NCBI GenBank assembly: GCA_039809905.1 | Contig: JBDHVY010000001.1 | Location: forward strand, 180,001 to 212,000 | Length of the DNA: 32,000 nucleotides | From: Candidatus Babelota bacterium | GTDB taxonomy: Bacteria > Babelota > Babeliae > Babelales > Vermiphilaceae | Direction: 5' to 3' | Shown here: positions 18,446-27,483 of the stretch, piece after piece | Position numbering within the stretch: the first letter of the stretch is position 1 | Layout of the letters: each line of letters begins with the position of its first letter | The notes under the pieces: generated by a model | Seen by the model: the letters and a program-made list of their open reading frames with translations, nothing else | Database searches by the model: none | What the model was told of the DNA's origin: nothing | Program-made: the position numbers and the translations under genes

Positions 18446-19414
18446 ATGAATCAAAAAAATGGTTTTCTTCTTTTCTGTATAGCTCTTGGAATAAGCATTT
18501 TATTCTATAAACAATATAATAAATCTCATTCCAATGCCGCATACACCATTGGCATACTACAAACAGCATCACATCCTGCATTAGATGCAGCACGTGATGG
18601 TTTTATAGCAAAAATTAAAGAATCTACAGGCAATGATATCGATTTTGTAGTGCGTAATGGCCAAGGATCTATTGATAGCATGCACACTATCGCGCAACAA
18701 TTTCATGCAAAACAAAATATTAATGCTATTTTTGCGATTGCAACTCCCGCAACTCAAGCAATAGTATCTATAGAAAAAGAAAAGCCTATAATTATTGCTG
18801 CAGTATCAGTCACTCCTGCATTAGATACTATTCTTTCTCAATCAAATGTCTGTGGCACAAGCGATATGATTAATGTACGCAAAGAAGTAGAAGCTATGAA
18901 AGCGTTATTACCTTCAACTGCACGTACAATCGGAATTATTTTTTGTACAGCCGAAATTAACTCTGTAGCAATGTCGCAAGTTATGAGTACAGAATTGGAA
19001 CGTGCAGGATACACGCCAGTTCTCATCGGTATCACTGCAGAAACTGATATAGAACCTGCTCTTTTAAGTTCCATACGTACGGTTGATGCAATTCTTGCTC
19101 CAACCGATAATGTTATCGCCAACAGCATTGAGCTTATCACAGCAATCACTCAAAAAACTCGAATTCCTCTCATCTTAAGTGATAATATGCTCGTAAAACA
19201 TGGCGCCCTTATGGCACGAGGTGTTGATTACTATGAAAGTGGAAAGCAAGCTGGTGCCATTGCACTACAAGTTCTTTTACACAATAAAAAACCACAGGAT
19301 TTATCAATTACTCAGGCAGATAATCAAAAAATTTTTGTTAATCAACATATCATGAAAGAATTAGGATTGACCGTTACTGACTCTATCGTAAAAGATGTTA
19401 TATTTATTGAATAG
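18446..19414 (+). CDS. ABC transporter substrate-binding protein (ABC_sub_bind / COG2984-like)
   Basis: N-terminal TM/signal, then YTIGILQTASHPALDAARDGF, IFAIATPATQAI and LPLxLSDN-like segment; adjacent permease and ATPase. Confidence 0.88.
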   Translation: MNQKNGFLLFCIALGISILFYKQYNKSHSNAAYTIGILQTASHPALDAARDGFIAKIKESTGNDIDFVVRNGQGSIDSMHTIAQQFHAKQNINAIFAIATPATQAIVSIEKEKPIIIAAVSVTPALDTILSQSNVCGTSDMINVRKEVEAMKALLPSTARTIGIIFCTAEINSVAMSQVMSTELERAGYTPVLIGITAETDIEPALLSSIRTVDAILAPTDNVIANSIELITAITQKTRIPLILSDNMLVKHGALMARGVDYYESGKQAGAIALQVLLHNKKPQDLSITQADNQKIFVNQHIMKELGLTVTDSIVKDVIFIE

Positions 19415-19439
19415 CATAAATTTGATAAGGAAAATAAAA

Positions 19440-20303
19440 ATGACTTTTGAATGGTTAATCATACAAGGAATTATTGAGCGTGGCCTTATTTTTTCCATAA
19501 CAGTGATGGCAATTTATCTTACATCACGCATTATTCGATTTGACGATCTTTCCGTTGAAGGTTCTTTCGGCCTTGGTGGTGCACTCATGGCTGCATTACT
19601 TACGCGCTCTGTTCCTTTATTTATCGCATTTCCACTGGTCATTACCGCAGGAGCATTTGCCGGTCTTGCAACAGGACTTTTACATACAAAACTAAAACTT
19701 AATAATCTCATTAGTGGGATTGTGGTGACGACAGCACTCTTTTCTTTAAATCTCAAAATTGCCGGATCAAATATGATGGTCAATAGCGCAACAACTCTTT
19801 TTGCTTTATTCAACGTTGGCACTATGAAAATTATCCTACTGATTCCTTTTATTTGTGGTCTTTTGTTATTAATAAGGTGGTTTTTACGTACAGAATGTGG
19901 ATTTTTATTATATGCAGTAGGCGATAACCCACAAATGCTCATCAATTTGGGAAAAAATCCGCATACTTATATGATCGCAACGCTTATGCTTGCTAATGGA
20001 TTAACTGCATGCGCTGGCGCTCTTTTTGTTAATTATGTTGGTTATTTTTCTATTTGGTCAAGCGTTGGCATTTTAGTTATTGGCCTTGCAGGATTAATAC
20101 TTTCTGAAACTATCAGTCATTCATTTGGTTTTAATTTATTAATTGGTGCTATTGTATACCAATCTCTTATTGCAGCCACATTTGAATTTGACGTAGATCC
20201 AGAATGGAACAAATTAATTACTGCGCTCCTTATCATTTTTATGATTAGTCTACAAAAACAATTTAACCCCAACTTCGCTTCTCTTCGTCGGGGACCACAA
20301 TAA
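19440..20303 (+). CDS. ABC transporter permease (COG4120-like)
   Basis: Multi-pass membrane protein (DDLSVEGSFGLGGALMAALL, LNLKIAGSNMMV, LFVNYVGYFSIWSSVGILVIGLAGLILSE). ATG 19440 has an upstream AAGG; the listed ORF begins at 19395. Confidence 0.88.
   Translation: MTFEWLIIQGIIERGLIFSITVMAIYLTSRIIRFDDLSVEGSFGLGGALMAALLTRSVPLFIAFPLVITAGAFAGLATGLLHTKLKLNNLISGIVVTTALFSLNLKIAGSNMMVNSATTLFALFNVGTMKIILLIPFICGLLLLIRWFLRTECGFLLYAVGDNPQMLINLGKNPHTYMIATLMLANGLTACAGALFVNYVGYFSIWSSVGILVIGLAGLILSETISHSFGFNLLIGAIVYQSLIAATFEFDVDPEWNKLITALLIIFMISLQKQFNPNFASLRRGPQ
20262..20297 (+). repeat. Hairpin element copy D (TTTAACCCCAACTTCGCTTCTCTTCGTCGGGGACCA)
   Basis: Shares AACCCCAACTTCG and GGGACC with copy C. It lies inside the last codons of the permease gene. 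Confidence 0.65.
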
Positions 20304-20332
20304 AATCAAGATTTAGAAAAAGGCTTTTACTC

Positions 20333-21085
20333 ATGATAAAATTTGAAAATATTTCAGTAACTATTGATGGTAAAGATATTCTTAAAAATATTTCGTGTAC
20401 CATCAACACTGGTGATCTTATCGTTATTGTTGGTCCAAATGGTGCAGGGAAAAGCACCTTTTTAGATATGATTAGCGGTAAACGAATTGCAAGTAGCGGA
20501 AAGATTTTTCTTGATGATATGGATATCACCCATCTTGATGAACAACACCGCGCTACCCTCATTAGCCGCCTCTTTCAAAATCCTCAACTTAATGGTATTG
20601 CATCAATGACGGTTGCACAAAACTTAGCATTGAGTAATTATAAAGGAAAAACAGTTAGTCTTGCTCACGGAATGAATAGTTTTCCTTCTCATTTGATAAA
20701 GGAACTTGAAGAACTAAACCTTGGATCAACAAAAATATTGAATACTCCCATGAAAGATCTTTCAGGAGGTCAAAGACAATTACTTGCATTTATCATGGCA
20801 ACGCTATTGCCTCCACGTCTTTTTATGCTTGATGAACCAACCGCTGCACTTGATCCGCAATCAGCAACGAAATTACTGCAATTTGCTATAAAATTCATTA
20901 AAGAACATAAAATAACAACTCTCATTATTACTCATGATCCTGAACTTGCACTTGCCATTGGAAAAAAAATATGGATTTTGGAGAATGGTCAAATCAGTAA
21001 GAAATATGAGATACAAGATGCCCAATCAGAACTTTCTGCAAGCGATCTGATTGGGCACATTGATTATCAAACATTAAAAGGGTAA
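20333..21085 (+). CDS. ABC transporter ATP-binding protein (COG1101-like)
   Basis: Walker A GPNGAGKST, signature LSGGQRQ, Walker B RLFMLDEPTAALD, ITHD. Confidence 0.94.
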   Translation: MIKFENISVTIDGKDILKNISCTINTGDLIVIVGPNGAGKSTFLDMISGKRIASSGKIFLDDMDITHLDEQHRATLISRLFQNPQLNGIASMTVAQNLALSNYKGKTVSLAHGMNSFPSHLIKELEELNLGSTKILNTPMKDLSGGQRQLLAFIMATLLPPRLFMLDEPTAALDPQSATKLLQFAIKFIKEHKITTLIITHDPELALAIGKKIWILENGQISKKYEIQDAQSELSASDLIGHIDYQTLKG

Positions 21086-22342
21086 AAATCGTCTTCTTAC
21101 CTTCATTCCTTTTGTTTCTTCTTTTTCGATTTCTAATTTTGTTTTTTCTGCAGTTCTCGCATTAAGCTCTTTTTGGATTTCTTTTTGTTCTTTCATAAGA
21201 GCATTTAATTCTTGGTCAGCAGTTTGTCTTATTGCATCTAATCTCATCTGCTCAGCAAATTTAGCATTAGCATGTCTTTGCAGCTCTTGCTGTTTAGCAA
21301 TAAGCATCTGTAATTCTTGCTCTGCCGCTCGTGCTTCTGCTTCAATTATTGCTTGTTCTTCTACTTGCAGTTGAGCTTTTTCAGCTACTTTATTATCAAT
21401 ATCTCTTTGCAAGTTTTCTTGCTTGATAATAAATATATCGAGCTCTTCGCTGGCCACCTTTCTTTTTGCTTCTACTTTTGCTTGTTCTGATTCTAATCTG
21501 GCTTTTTCTGCTGCTTTATTGTTAACTTTTTTTCTAAGATCTTCTTGTTGCGATAATAATACATTTAATTCGTGATCCGCAGCTCTTCTTTTTGCTTGTA
21601 ATCTTATCTTTTCTTCTGCTTCTTGCGCTGATTTTTTTGGTTCTCGAATAAATTTTTTGTCATATTTTGGTGTAAAACTTGCTTGTCTTCCAGCATATTT
21701 TCGTGGAATAGAACCACCTGCAATAACTGTTGCCGCTGCTACGCTATCAAGAAATAATTTTCGTTGCACTTCATGTAAATTCCCAAGAATCAATTGTTGT
21801 TCATATATATCTGCATCAAATTCTTTCATAAGTGTTTCATAATTATCTTGCAATTCATCTCGTTGCCGAGGATTTGTTGTTGCTCTTCTTGCTTGCTCAT
21901 AATCTAATGTAATCGCATTTTTTTGTTCTATAAGTCTTTTGACCGTTCGTCGAGCAATATTCTTTTCATGCTCACTAGGTTCTGGCTTCGGTTCAGATGT
22001 GGTTTGCATAGTAAATCTTTTATCAGTAGCTTTTTGAACAGTTTGTTGTAATCCTTGTTCAGCTTGAGCAATAATAGCATTTTCTTCATCAGCTATTGCC
22101 CTAAATTCTTCCAACGTTATTGTTCCATTGACGAATTCTTTTTGCGCATTTTCAATAGCTCTCGTTGCTCTTATTTTGCTATCTGTTACTTGAGCAAGAC
22201 CTGCATTAAGAGTTTTTTGTTGTTGAATGATTGCATTTTCAGCTTGTTGAACTGATGCATCTGCAAAACCGGTACGTTCAAATGCTGTTATGCACAAAAA
22301 CGCTAATCCAACAAGCACCATGTTCTTAACATTCATACTCAT
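21074..22342 (-). CDS. Exported coiled-coil protein with tandem heptad-based repeats
   Basis: N-terminal hydrophobic segment ending FADA, followed by four ADHEL/ASEEL/AEQEL/ADQEL...AEK repeat units. Confidence 0.75.
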   Translation of the reverse strand: MSMNVKNMVLVGLAFLCITAFERTGFADASVQQAENAIIQQQKTLNAGLAQVTDSKIRATRAIENAQKEFVNGTITLEEFRAIADEENAIIAQAEQGLQQTVQKATDKRFTMQTTSEPKPEPSEHEKNIARRTVKRLIEQKNAITLDYEQARRATTNPRQRDELQDNYETLMKEFDADIYEQQLILGNLHEVQRKLFLDSVAAATVIAGGSIPRKYAGRQASFTPKYDKKFIREPKKSAQEAEEKIRLQAKRRAADHELNVLLSQQEDLRKKVNNKAAEKARLESEQAKVEAKRKVASEELDIFIIKQENLQRDIDNKVAEKAQLQVEEQAIIEAEARAAEQELQMLIAKQQELQRHANAKFAEQMRLDAIRQTADQELNALMKEQKEIQKELNARTAEKTKLEIEKEETKGMKVRRRFLPF

Positions 22343-22552
22343 CCTTTTCCCTCAAACCCCATCAAGAGACTTTTTATTGTTTTGCTCAGCCACTTTAATG
22401 GGATACTCTATATTTACCTTTATAATATCACCAACAATCTCTATTTGTAAATATATTTTATAATCAAAAAGAATTTTAGCATCAAAAAAGATACCGTATA
22501 TAGGAAAAAAGATGATTAATAAAGGATTTTTTATTAAAAATAAAATTATTGG

Positions 22553-24394
22553 TTATTGCTTTTCACCAGTTTGAACACGCCACAATTTGGCATAAACTCC
22601 ATTTAAAGAAACAAGATCATCATGCTTTCCATTTTCTACAACAACCCCTTTATGAAGCACAAAGATATTGTCAGCATGCCGTATAGTAGATAAACGATGA
22701 GCTATAACAAACACCGTATGATTCTTCGCTATTTTTTCTAATGAACGTTGAATTGACAACTCTGTTTCGTTATCAACTGATGATGTTGCTTCATCAAAAA
22801 TAAGAATTGGAGGCTTATTAACAATTGCTCGAGCAATTGAAATACGTTGACGTTGTCCACCAGAAAGTTTTTGGCCTCTTTCTCCCACAATAGTTTCATA
22901 TCCGTCAGGTAAATTTATGATAAAATCATGGATTTCTGCCATTCGAGCTGCATATTCAATCTGTTCATCGGTTATATTATCAGTACCATAGGCGATATTT
23001 TCCCTGATTGTTCCTTTAAACAAAAACACATCCTGACTAACAAATCCAAAAGCCTGACGTAACAATCGTAAAGTAAGATCTTTGGTATATATTCCATCAA
23101 GCAAAATTGATCCTTGTTCAGGATCATAAAACCGCAACAGTAATTTGATGAGTGTCGTTTTGCCACTACCAGTAGACCCTACAACCCCTACCGTTTGGCC
23201 CGGCTCAACTGAAATAGAAAGATTATCAAAAATCTGAACGCCACTGGGATATGCAAAAGAGATATCTTTAAACTCAATTTTTCCTTTTACATCAACTGAA
23301 GCTGCTACTGCACCATCTTTAATGCCAATAGGAGTATCTAAAACCGCAAAAACACGATCTGCGCAAGCCATAGAACGTTTATATACATCCATTGATTTTG
23401 CAAGATAAATAAAGGGCCACAACAATCGTTGTGTCATAGAAACAAGTACACTATAACTGCCGATTGCTAATTTACCCTTAAGTGCATACCATCCACCAAG
23501 TATAATGGTAATAACAAAACCAAAAGCAATTGTCATACGAATAATAGGGATAAATGCCGCACTCGTTCCAATAGATCGTTCATATGCATTTTTATATTCA
23601 TTACTATCTTTTCTTAAGCGATCTAATTCATAATCTTCCATCGCATAACTTTTGATAGTAGAAATTCCAATAAGATTATTACCAAGACGAGCACCAAGTA
23701 TTCCTGCTTTTTCACGAACATGTGCATATAATTGCCCTAATCGATTTTGAAATACATACGCAACTAAAAAAATAATCGGTACGGGCAAAAATACGCATAA
23801 TGCTATAAGGGGAGACAAGTAAAAAAAGATATATCCCACCAAAGAAACACTTACCACAAAATAAATAAAATCGGTAATGCCTTTATCAAAGAAAATCTCG
23901 AGCTGATTTACATCTTCATTTAAAACGGTTAGCAATTCACCAGTATTTTTGTCTTCAAAATAAGCCATTTCCAATTGTTGCATATGACTATAGGCATCAA
24001 TGCGCAAATCATGTTGTACTATCTGCGCCAGATTTCTCCATAATACATCACTTAAATATTCAAATAATGCTTGAAAACACCATATAACAAATATTAAACC
24101 TGCCAATACACATAATTGGGATATAACATTAACAATACCCCAATTTCCCAAAAATGAATTCTGCTTATTCACCAATACATCGATAGTGATACCGATAAGA
24201 ACTTCCGGAAAAACATCAAAAACATTTTGCAATATGGCACATAAAGTAGCCATCACTATTTTCAAGCGATATGGTTTCATATAAACAAAAAGTCGCTGAA
24301 AAGAAGAGAAATTTGTTATCACACAAAACCCATTTTTGTTATAACCCCATAAAAAATTATTATCTATCTCATCATTACTGAAAGATTTTGTCAT
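22553..24394 (-). CDS. ABC exporter (fused TMD-NBD, MsbA/MDR-like)
   Basis: Six-TM region, GSTGSGKTTL, QDVFLFKGTIRENIAYG, LSGGQRQRISIARAIV, ILIFDEATSSVDNETE. Confidence 0.93.
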   Translation of the reverse strand: MTKSFSNDEIDNNFLWGYNKNGFCVITNFSSFQRLFVYMKPYRLKIVMATLCAILQNVFDVFPEVLIGITIDVLVNKQNSFLGNWGIVNVISQLCVLAGLIFVIWCFQALFEYLSDVLWRNLAQIVQHDLRIDAYSHMQQLEMAYFEDKNTGELLTVLNEDVNQLEIFFDKGITDFIYFVVSVSLVGYIFFYLSPLIALCVFLPVPIIFLVAYVFQNRLGQLYAHVREKAGILGARLGNNLIGISTIKSYAMEDYELDRLRKDSNEYKNAYERSIGTSAAFIPIIRMTIAFGFVITIILGGWYALKGKLAIGSYSVLVSMTQRLLWPFIYLAKSMDVYKRSMACADRVFAVLDTPIGIKDGAVAASVDVKGKIEFKDISFAYPSGVQIFDNLSISVEPGQTVGVVGSTGSGKTTLIKLLLRFYDPEQGSILLDGIYTKDLTLRLLRQAFGFVSQDVFLFKGTIRENIAYGTDNITDEQIEYAARMAEIHDFIINLPDGYETIVGERGQKLSGGQRQRISIARAIVNKPPILIFDEATSSVDNETELSIQRSLEKIAKNHTVFVIAHRLSTIRHADNIFVLHKGVVVENGKHDDLVSLNGVYAKLWRVQTGEKQ

Positions 24395-24418
24395 ATAACA
24401 AGAAACATATATTTTTCA

Positions 24419-25885
24419 CTATATTAAGTGCATAAAATAAGTATCTGGATAGTAGAATTGTAAAATAGATTTATAATCCCATCCTTCCCGTACCATCTGA
24501 CGAGCCCCCCACTGACATAATCCAATATGGTGACCAAAGCCATTTCCCGTAAAGATTATTTTACCGCCTTTTTTGCATACATCAAAGTGAAAACTTTTAA
24601 CTTCTTTTAACAATGAATATAATTTTTTCCCCGAAATAACAATTGTATGCTTTGGACCTTTCAACTTCACTTGTGATGCTAATCCAGCTTTATCTTTTTT
24701 AATAATACGAATATCGGACAATCGTATAATATCTTTTAAATAATCTCTTAAAATTGGTTCAAATAATTCATGATCATACGATACTTGCCATGAGTATAAT
24801 GAAGATTCTTTACAATACCGACATGCATATGTACGTGCCAAATAAGGAACTTTATTAAAATCAAAATCCTCAATATGAGCTGGTATCACACCTCCGCAAC
24901 AACAATCAAACATCGCCAAAATAGGAGAACCCTTAAAACCAAGGACTACTCCTCTGGTTTGCTCAACAGCCATTTTAAGACCAGGTAATTCATGTTTACC
25001 ACGATATGTTTGGTGTGCATTAGTATTTTTTACATGATATGGTCTTCCACTGCGTCGTGCTTCAAGAACCTTAAACATCACATAACTACGACACGCTATT
25101 GCAAAAGACTTATTAATCTCAAGTGGCCAGCCAGGCCAACTTTCCGTGCGTAATACAGATGTAATATAATCTTCTAATTCAACACTATTAATACAGAAAA
25201 AACCATTATTATACGGCATTATAATAAAATCACCATCATAGGTAATACCATTATAAGATCCATGACCATTTATCGGTCGCAATCGAAGACCTTTTGTAAT
25301 CGGTTTGCCACTATACCACAAAAGACCATCTTTTACTTTTATGGTAATAGCAGATATTTTTACCGACTTCTTTTTTTTACCATTGCCTTCAGATTTAATA
25401 ATGAATCCTTTTGAAGACGTGAATTTCCATTCTGTTACATGAACATCATGCGATTTTGCAAGCAGTACCTGTACTTTTGTTATGCGTTTTTTACGAGCAT
25501 CATGAAACATATCTTCTAAGTCATCCTGCGCATTGATTTCCAAAGGCAATAGATCAGAAAAAAGAGCTTCCGCTCTTTCAGATGAAATTATTTTTTTTAT
25601 TTTTACCCTTGAACGCACAATGTATTTATTTTTTGAAACAAAAACAGTTGTTGTTGTATTGGGCGTTATAATAAACGGCCAATGGACAGCATTAACAAAA
25701 CTTGATACAAAAAGAGAACCGCTCAATGTGAGCGTAAAAAAAATAAACCTATACGAAACTTTGTTAACATTCGCACAAAAATTGCTTAAAAAACGTTGAT
25801 AGCAAAATCTTTTATCGAGTCCCCATGCGTAAAATATTGAGCATGGGACTGATGGAATTGTTATATTTCTAAAGTACAATTCCAT
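24419..25885 (-). CDS. SpoIID/LytB-domain protein
   Basis: LEDYITSVLRTESWPGWPLEINKSFAIACRSYVMFK, ANAHQTYRG-like stretch, VEQTRGVVLGFKGSPILAMFDCCCGG, GFGHHIGLCQWGARQMVREG, ILQFYYPDT. Confidence 0.88.
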   Translation of the reverse strand: MELYFRNITIPSVPCSIFYAWGLDKRFCYQRFLSNFCANVNKVSYRFIFFTLTLSGSLFVSSFVNAVHWPFIITPNTTTTVFVSKNKYIVRSRVKIKKIISSERAEALFSDLLPLEINAQDDLEDMFHDARKKRITKVQVLLAKSHDVHVTEWKFTSSKGFIIKSEGNGKKKKSVKISAITIKVKDGLLWYSGKPITKGLRLRPINGHGSYNGITYDGDFIIMPYNNGFFCINSVELEDYITSVLRTESWPGWPLEINKSFAIACRSYVMFKVLEARRSGRPYHVKNTNAHQTYRGKHELPGLKMAVEQTRGVVLGFKGSPILAMFDCCCGGVIPAHIEDFDFNKVPYLARTYACRYCKESSLYSWQVSYDHELFEPILRDYLKDIIRLSDIRIIKKDKAGLASQVKLKGPKHTIVISGKKLYSLLKEVKSFHFDVCKKGGKIIFTGNGFGHHIGLCQWGARQMVREGWDYKSILQFYYPDTYFMHLI

Positions 25886-26384
25886 AACTTTTCAATAATG
25901 CAATATAATGTTTTGGAGGGAAATTTTTACTATCAACACCATGATTTGCCATTTCATCGGCTTGAGTGTTTTTATCACGAAGAACATGTTCAATAGTTGC
26001 AGCAAGTTTATGCATTCTTTCTTTACATATACCATGTAAAGATTGTAAATGTGGTTGCTTCACTTTATAAATACCATGAAGTTGCCGTACTAAAAGTTGC
26101 GAATCAGAAATAATATGAACAGCATCTTCTTGTTTCACATAATCCTGTAACATAAAAAGTCCTAATAATAGAGCAAGATATTCTGCCTCATTATTAGTTT
26201 TTATTCCTAGAAAGTAACCATCCTTGATAACAAGAACACTATTTTTTTCAATATAAATACCAGCTCCTGAAGGACCTGGGTTTTTACGAGATGCTCCATC
26301 CACAAACAATGTCCACTGCGTTATTTCTTTTTTTGATTTTGATGTTAAAGAAACATCATTAAAGATATCAAGCTGTTTTACCAA
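25869..26384 (-). CDS. rnhA: RNase HI-family protein
   Basis: LFVDGASRKNPGPSGAGIYI, NNEAEYLALLLGL, ISDSQLLVRQ, NTQADEMANHG. Confidence 0.88.
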   Translation of the reverse strand: MVKQLDIFNDVSLTSKSKKEITQWTLFVDGASRKNPGPSGAGIYIEKNSVLVIKDGYFLGIKTNNEAEYLALLLGLFMLQDYVKQEDAVHIISDSQLLVRQLHGIYKVKQPHLQSLHGICKERMHKLAATIEHVLRDKNTQADEMANHGVDSKNFPPKHYIALLKSYGIVL

Positions 26385-26393
26385 AATTGTTCC

Positions 26394-27116
26394 CTACTCA
26401 GTGTGTTTTTCCATAATTTCTGGTGAATATAAAAGACGGTAACATGTCTGGCATTGTATAATAGCGCCATGTCGCGCTCGTGACATATTTTGACTTGTAA
26501 TCATCTGAGAACAGGCACTGCAACTTTGATGAGAAATTTCTACAACAGGATCTACCACACGAGCACGCATCATGCTATATTTTTCTAACCATTCAGCTGG
26601 TACATTCTTTTCCATATCAGCGCGTTGTGATAGCAATTCTTGGTAGGTAGCATTGAATGTATTCAACTTATCTGTCATACCTTCCACCTGTTCATGAAAC
26701 ATCTGAGCTTGCTGAGTATTATCACTCATTGCTTTTTTTAAGCTTTGTTGTGCATTTTCAAGTTGATTCCATGCGTGCAAAACATTCTGTTCTTGTTGAA
26801 CTTGCAAACGTTGAATAGTTTCAATCTCAGATTTTATTGCATGATAATCTTTATAATCAGCAAGAAGCTCAAGATGCTTTTTTTTATCTTTTTCTTGTTG
26901 ATCTAACACATTCATTTCAAGCTCTTGTTCATCAACTTTCTTTTTTAACTGATGAACACGTTCTTGCATGTCTTTAAGTTCTTGAGCATAACGTTCTTCT
27001 TGTTTTTTTGTAGCAAGAATTTCGTTATTGATAGCTATTTTTTCATTTTCAAGAGATTGGATTTTTTGATCAAAATTGACGAGATTAATAAATCGTAAAA
27101 AAGGATGTTCACTCAC
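26394..27116 (-). CDS. Coiled-coil protein with C-terminal C4 zinc ribbon (COG1579-like)
   Basis: Long coiled coil followed by CSACSQMITSQNM...IIQCQTCYRLLY. Confidence 0.85.
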   Translation of the reverse strand: MSEHPFLRFINLVNFDQKIQSLENEKIAINNEILATKKQEERYAQELKDMQERVHQLKKKVDEQELEMNVLDQQEKDKKKHLELLADYKDYHAIKSEIETIQRLQVQQEQNVLHAWNQLENAQQSLKKAMSDNTQQAQMFHEQVEGMTDKLNTFNATYQELLSQRADMEKNVPAEWLEKYSMMRARVVDPVVEISHQSCSACSQMITSQNMSRARHGAIIQCQTCYRLLYSPEIMEKHTE

Positions 27117-27184
27117 TATATTCCCCCATTTTTTTAGATATCTTTTTTAAGAATATCCAGCTTTTCAAATTTTATATTCTTCAC

Positions 27185-27222
27185 TGGGGTCCCCGGCTAA
27201 AATGAAATGTAGCTGGGGTAGA
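27185..27222 (-). repeat. Hairpin element copy E (sense: TCTACCCCAGCTACATTTCATTTTAGCCGGGGACCCCA)
   Basis: CCCCAGCT/AGCCGGGG arms (one wobble) followed by ACCCC, starting 5 nt after the tRNA CCA end. Confidence 0.7.
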
Positions 27223-27227
27223 AATTA

Positions 27228-27304
27228 TGGTGGGCCCACCAGGATTTGAACCTGGGACCTTCCGGTTATGAGCCGGCTGCTCTGACCAACTGAGCTATAG
27301 GCCC
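27228..27304 (-). tRNA. tRNA with CAT anticodon (elongator Met or Ile2)
   Basis: GGGCCTA TA GCTC AGTTGGTCA GAGC A GCCGG CTCATAA CCGGA AGGTC CCAGG TTCAAAT CCTGG TGGGCCC ACCA folds as a cloverleaf with encoded CCA. The first anticodon-stem pair is a G-A mismatch. Confidence 0.95.
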
Positions 27305-27483
27305 TACACTTATAACCCCACTTTTGCAAGGGAAACTCCAATTGGAATGCATTTCGGAGTTATATAATTATTGAATATAATAGAATAAATATAAGCTTTT
27401 GTGAAGCATAATGTGATTGCTACATATAGAAAATTTTTGTATATTTAAAAAAAATAAAAAATCAAAAAGACATCAAGGTATAT

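Noticed and set aside
19514-19945. 143-aa minus-strand ORF opposite the permease
   Set aside because: The permease frame is strongly supported by family features, so this is a shadow ORF.
27311-27335. ATAACCCCACTTTTGCAAGGG upstream of the tRNA as a possible sixth hairpin element
   Set aside because: Arms are too short, and it lacks the trailing ACCCC; not distinguishable from chance.
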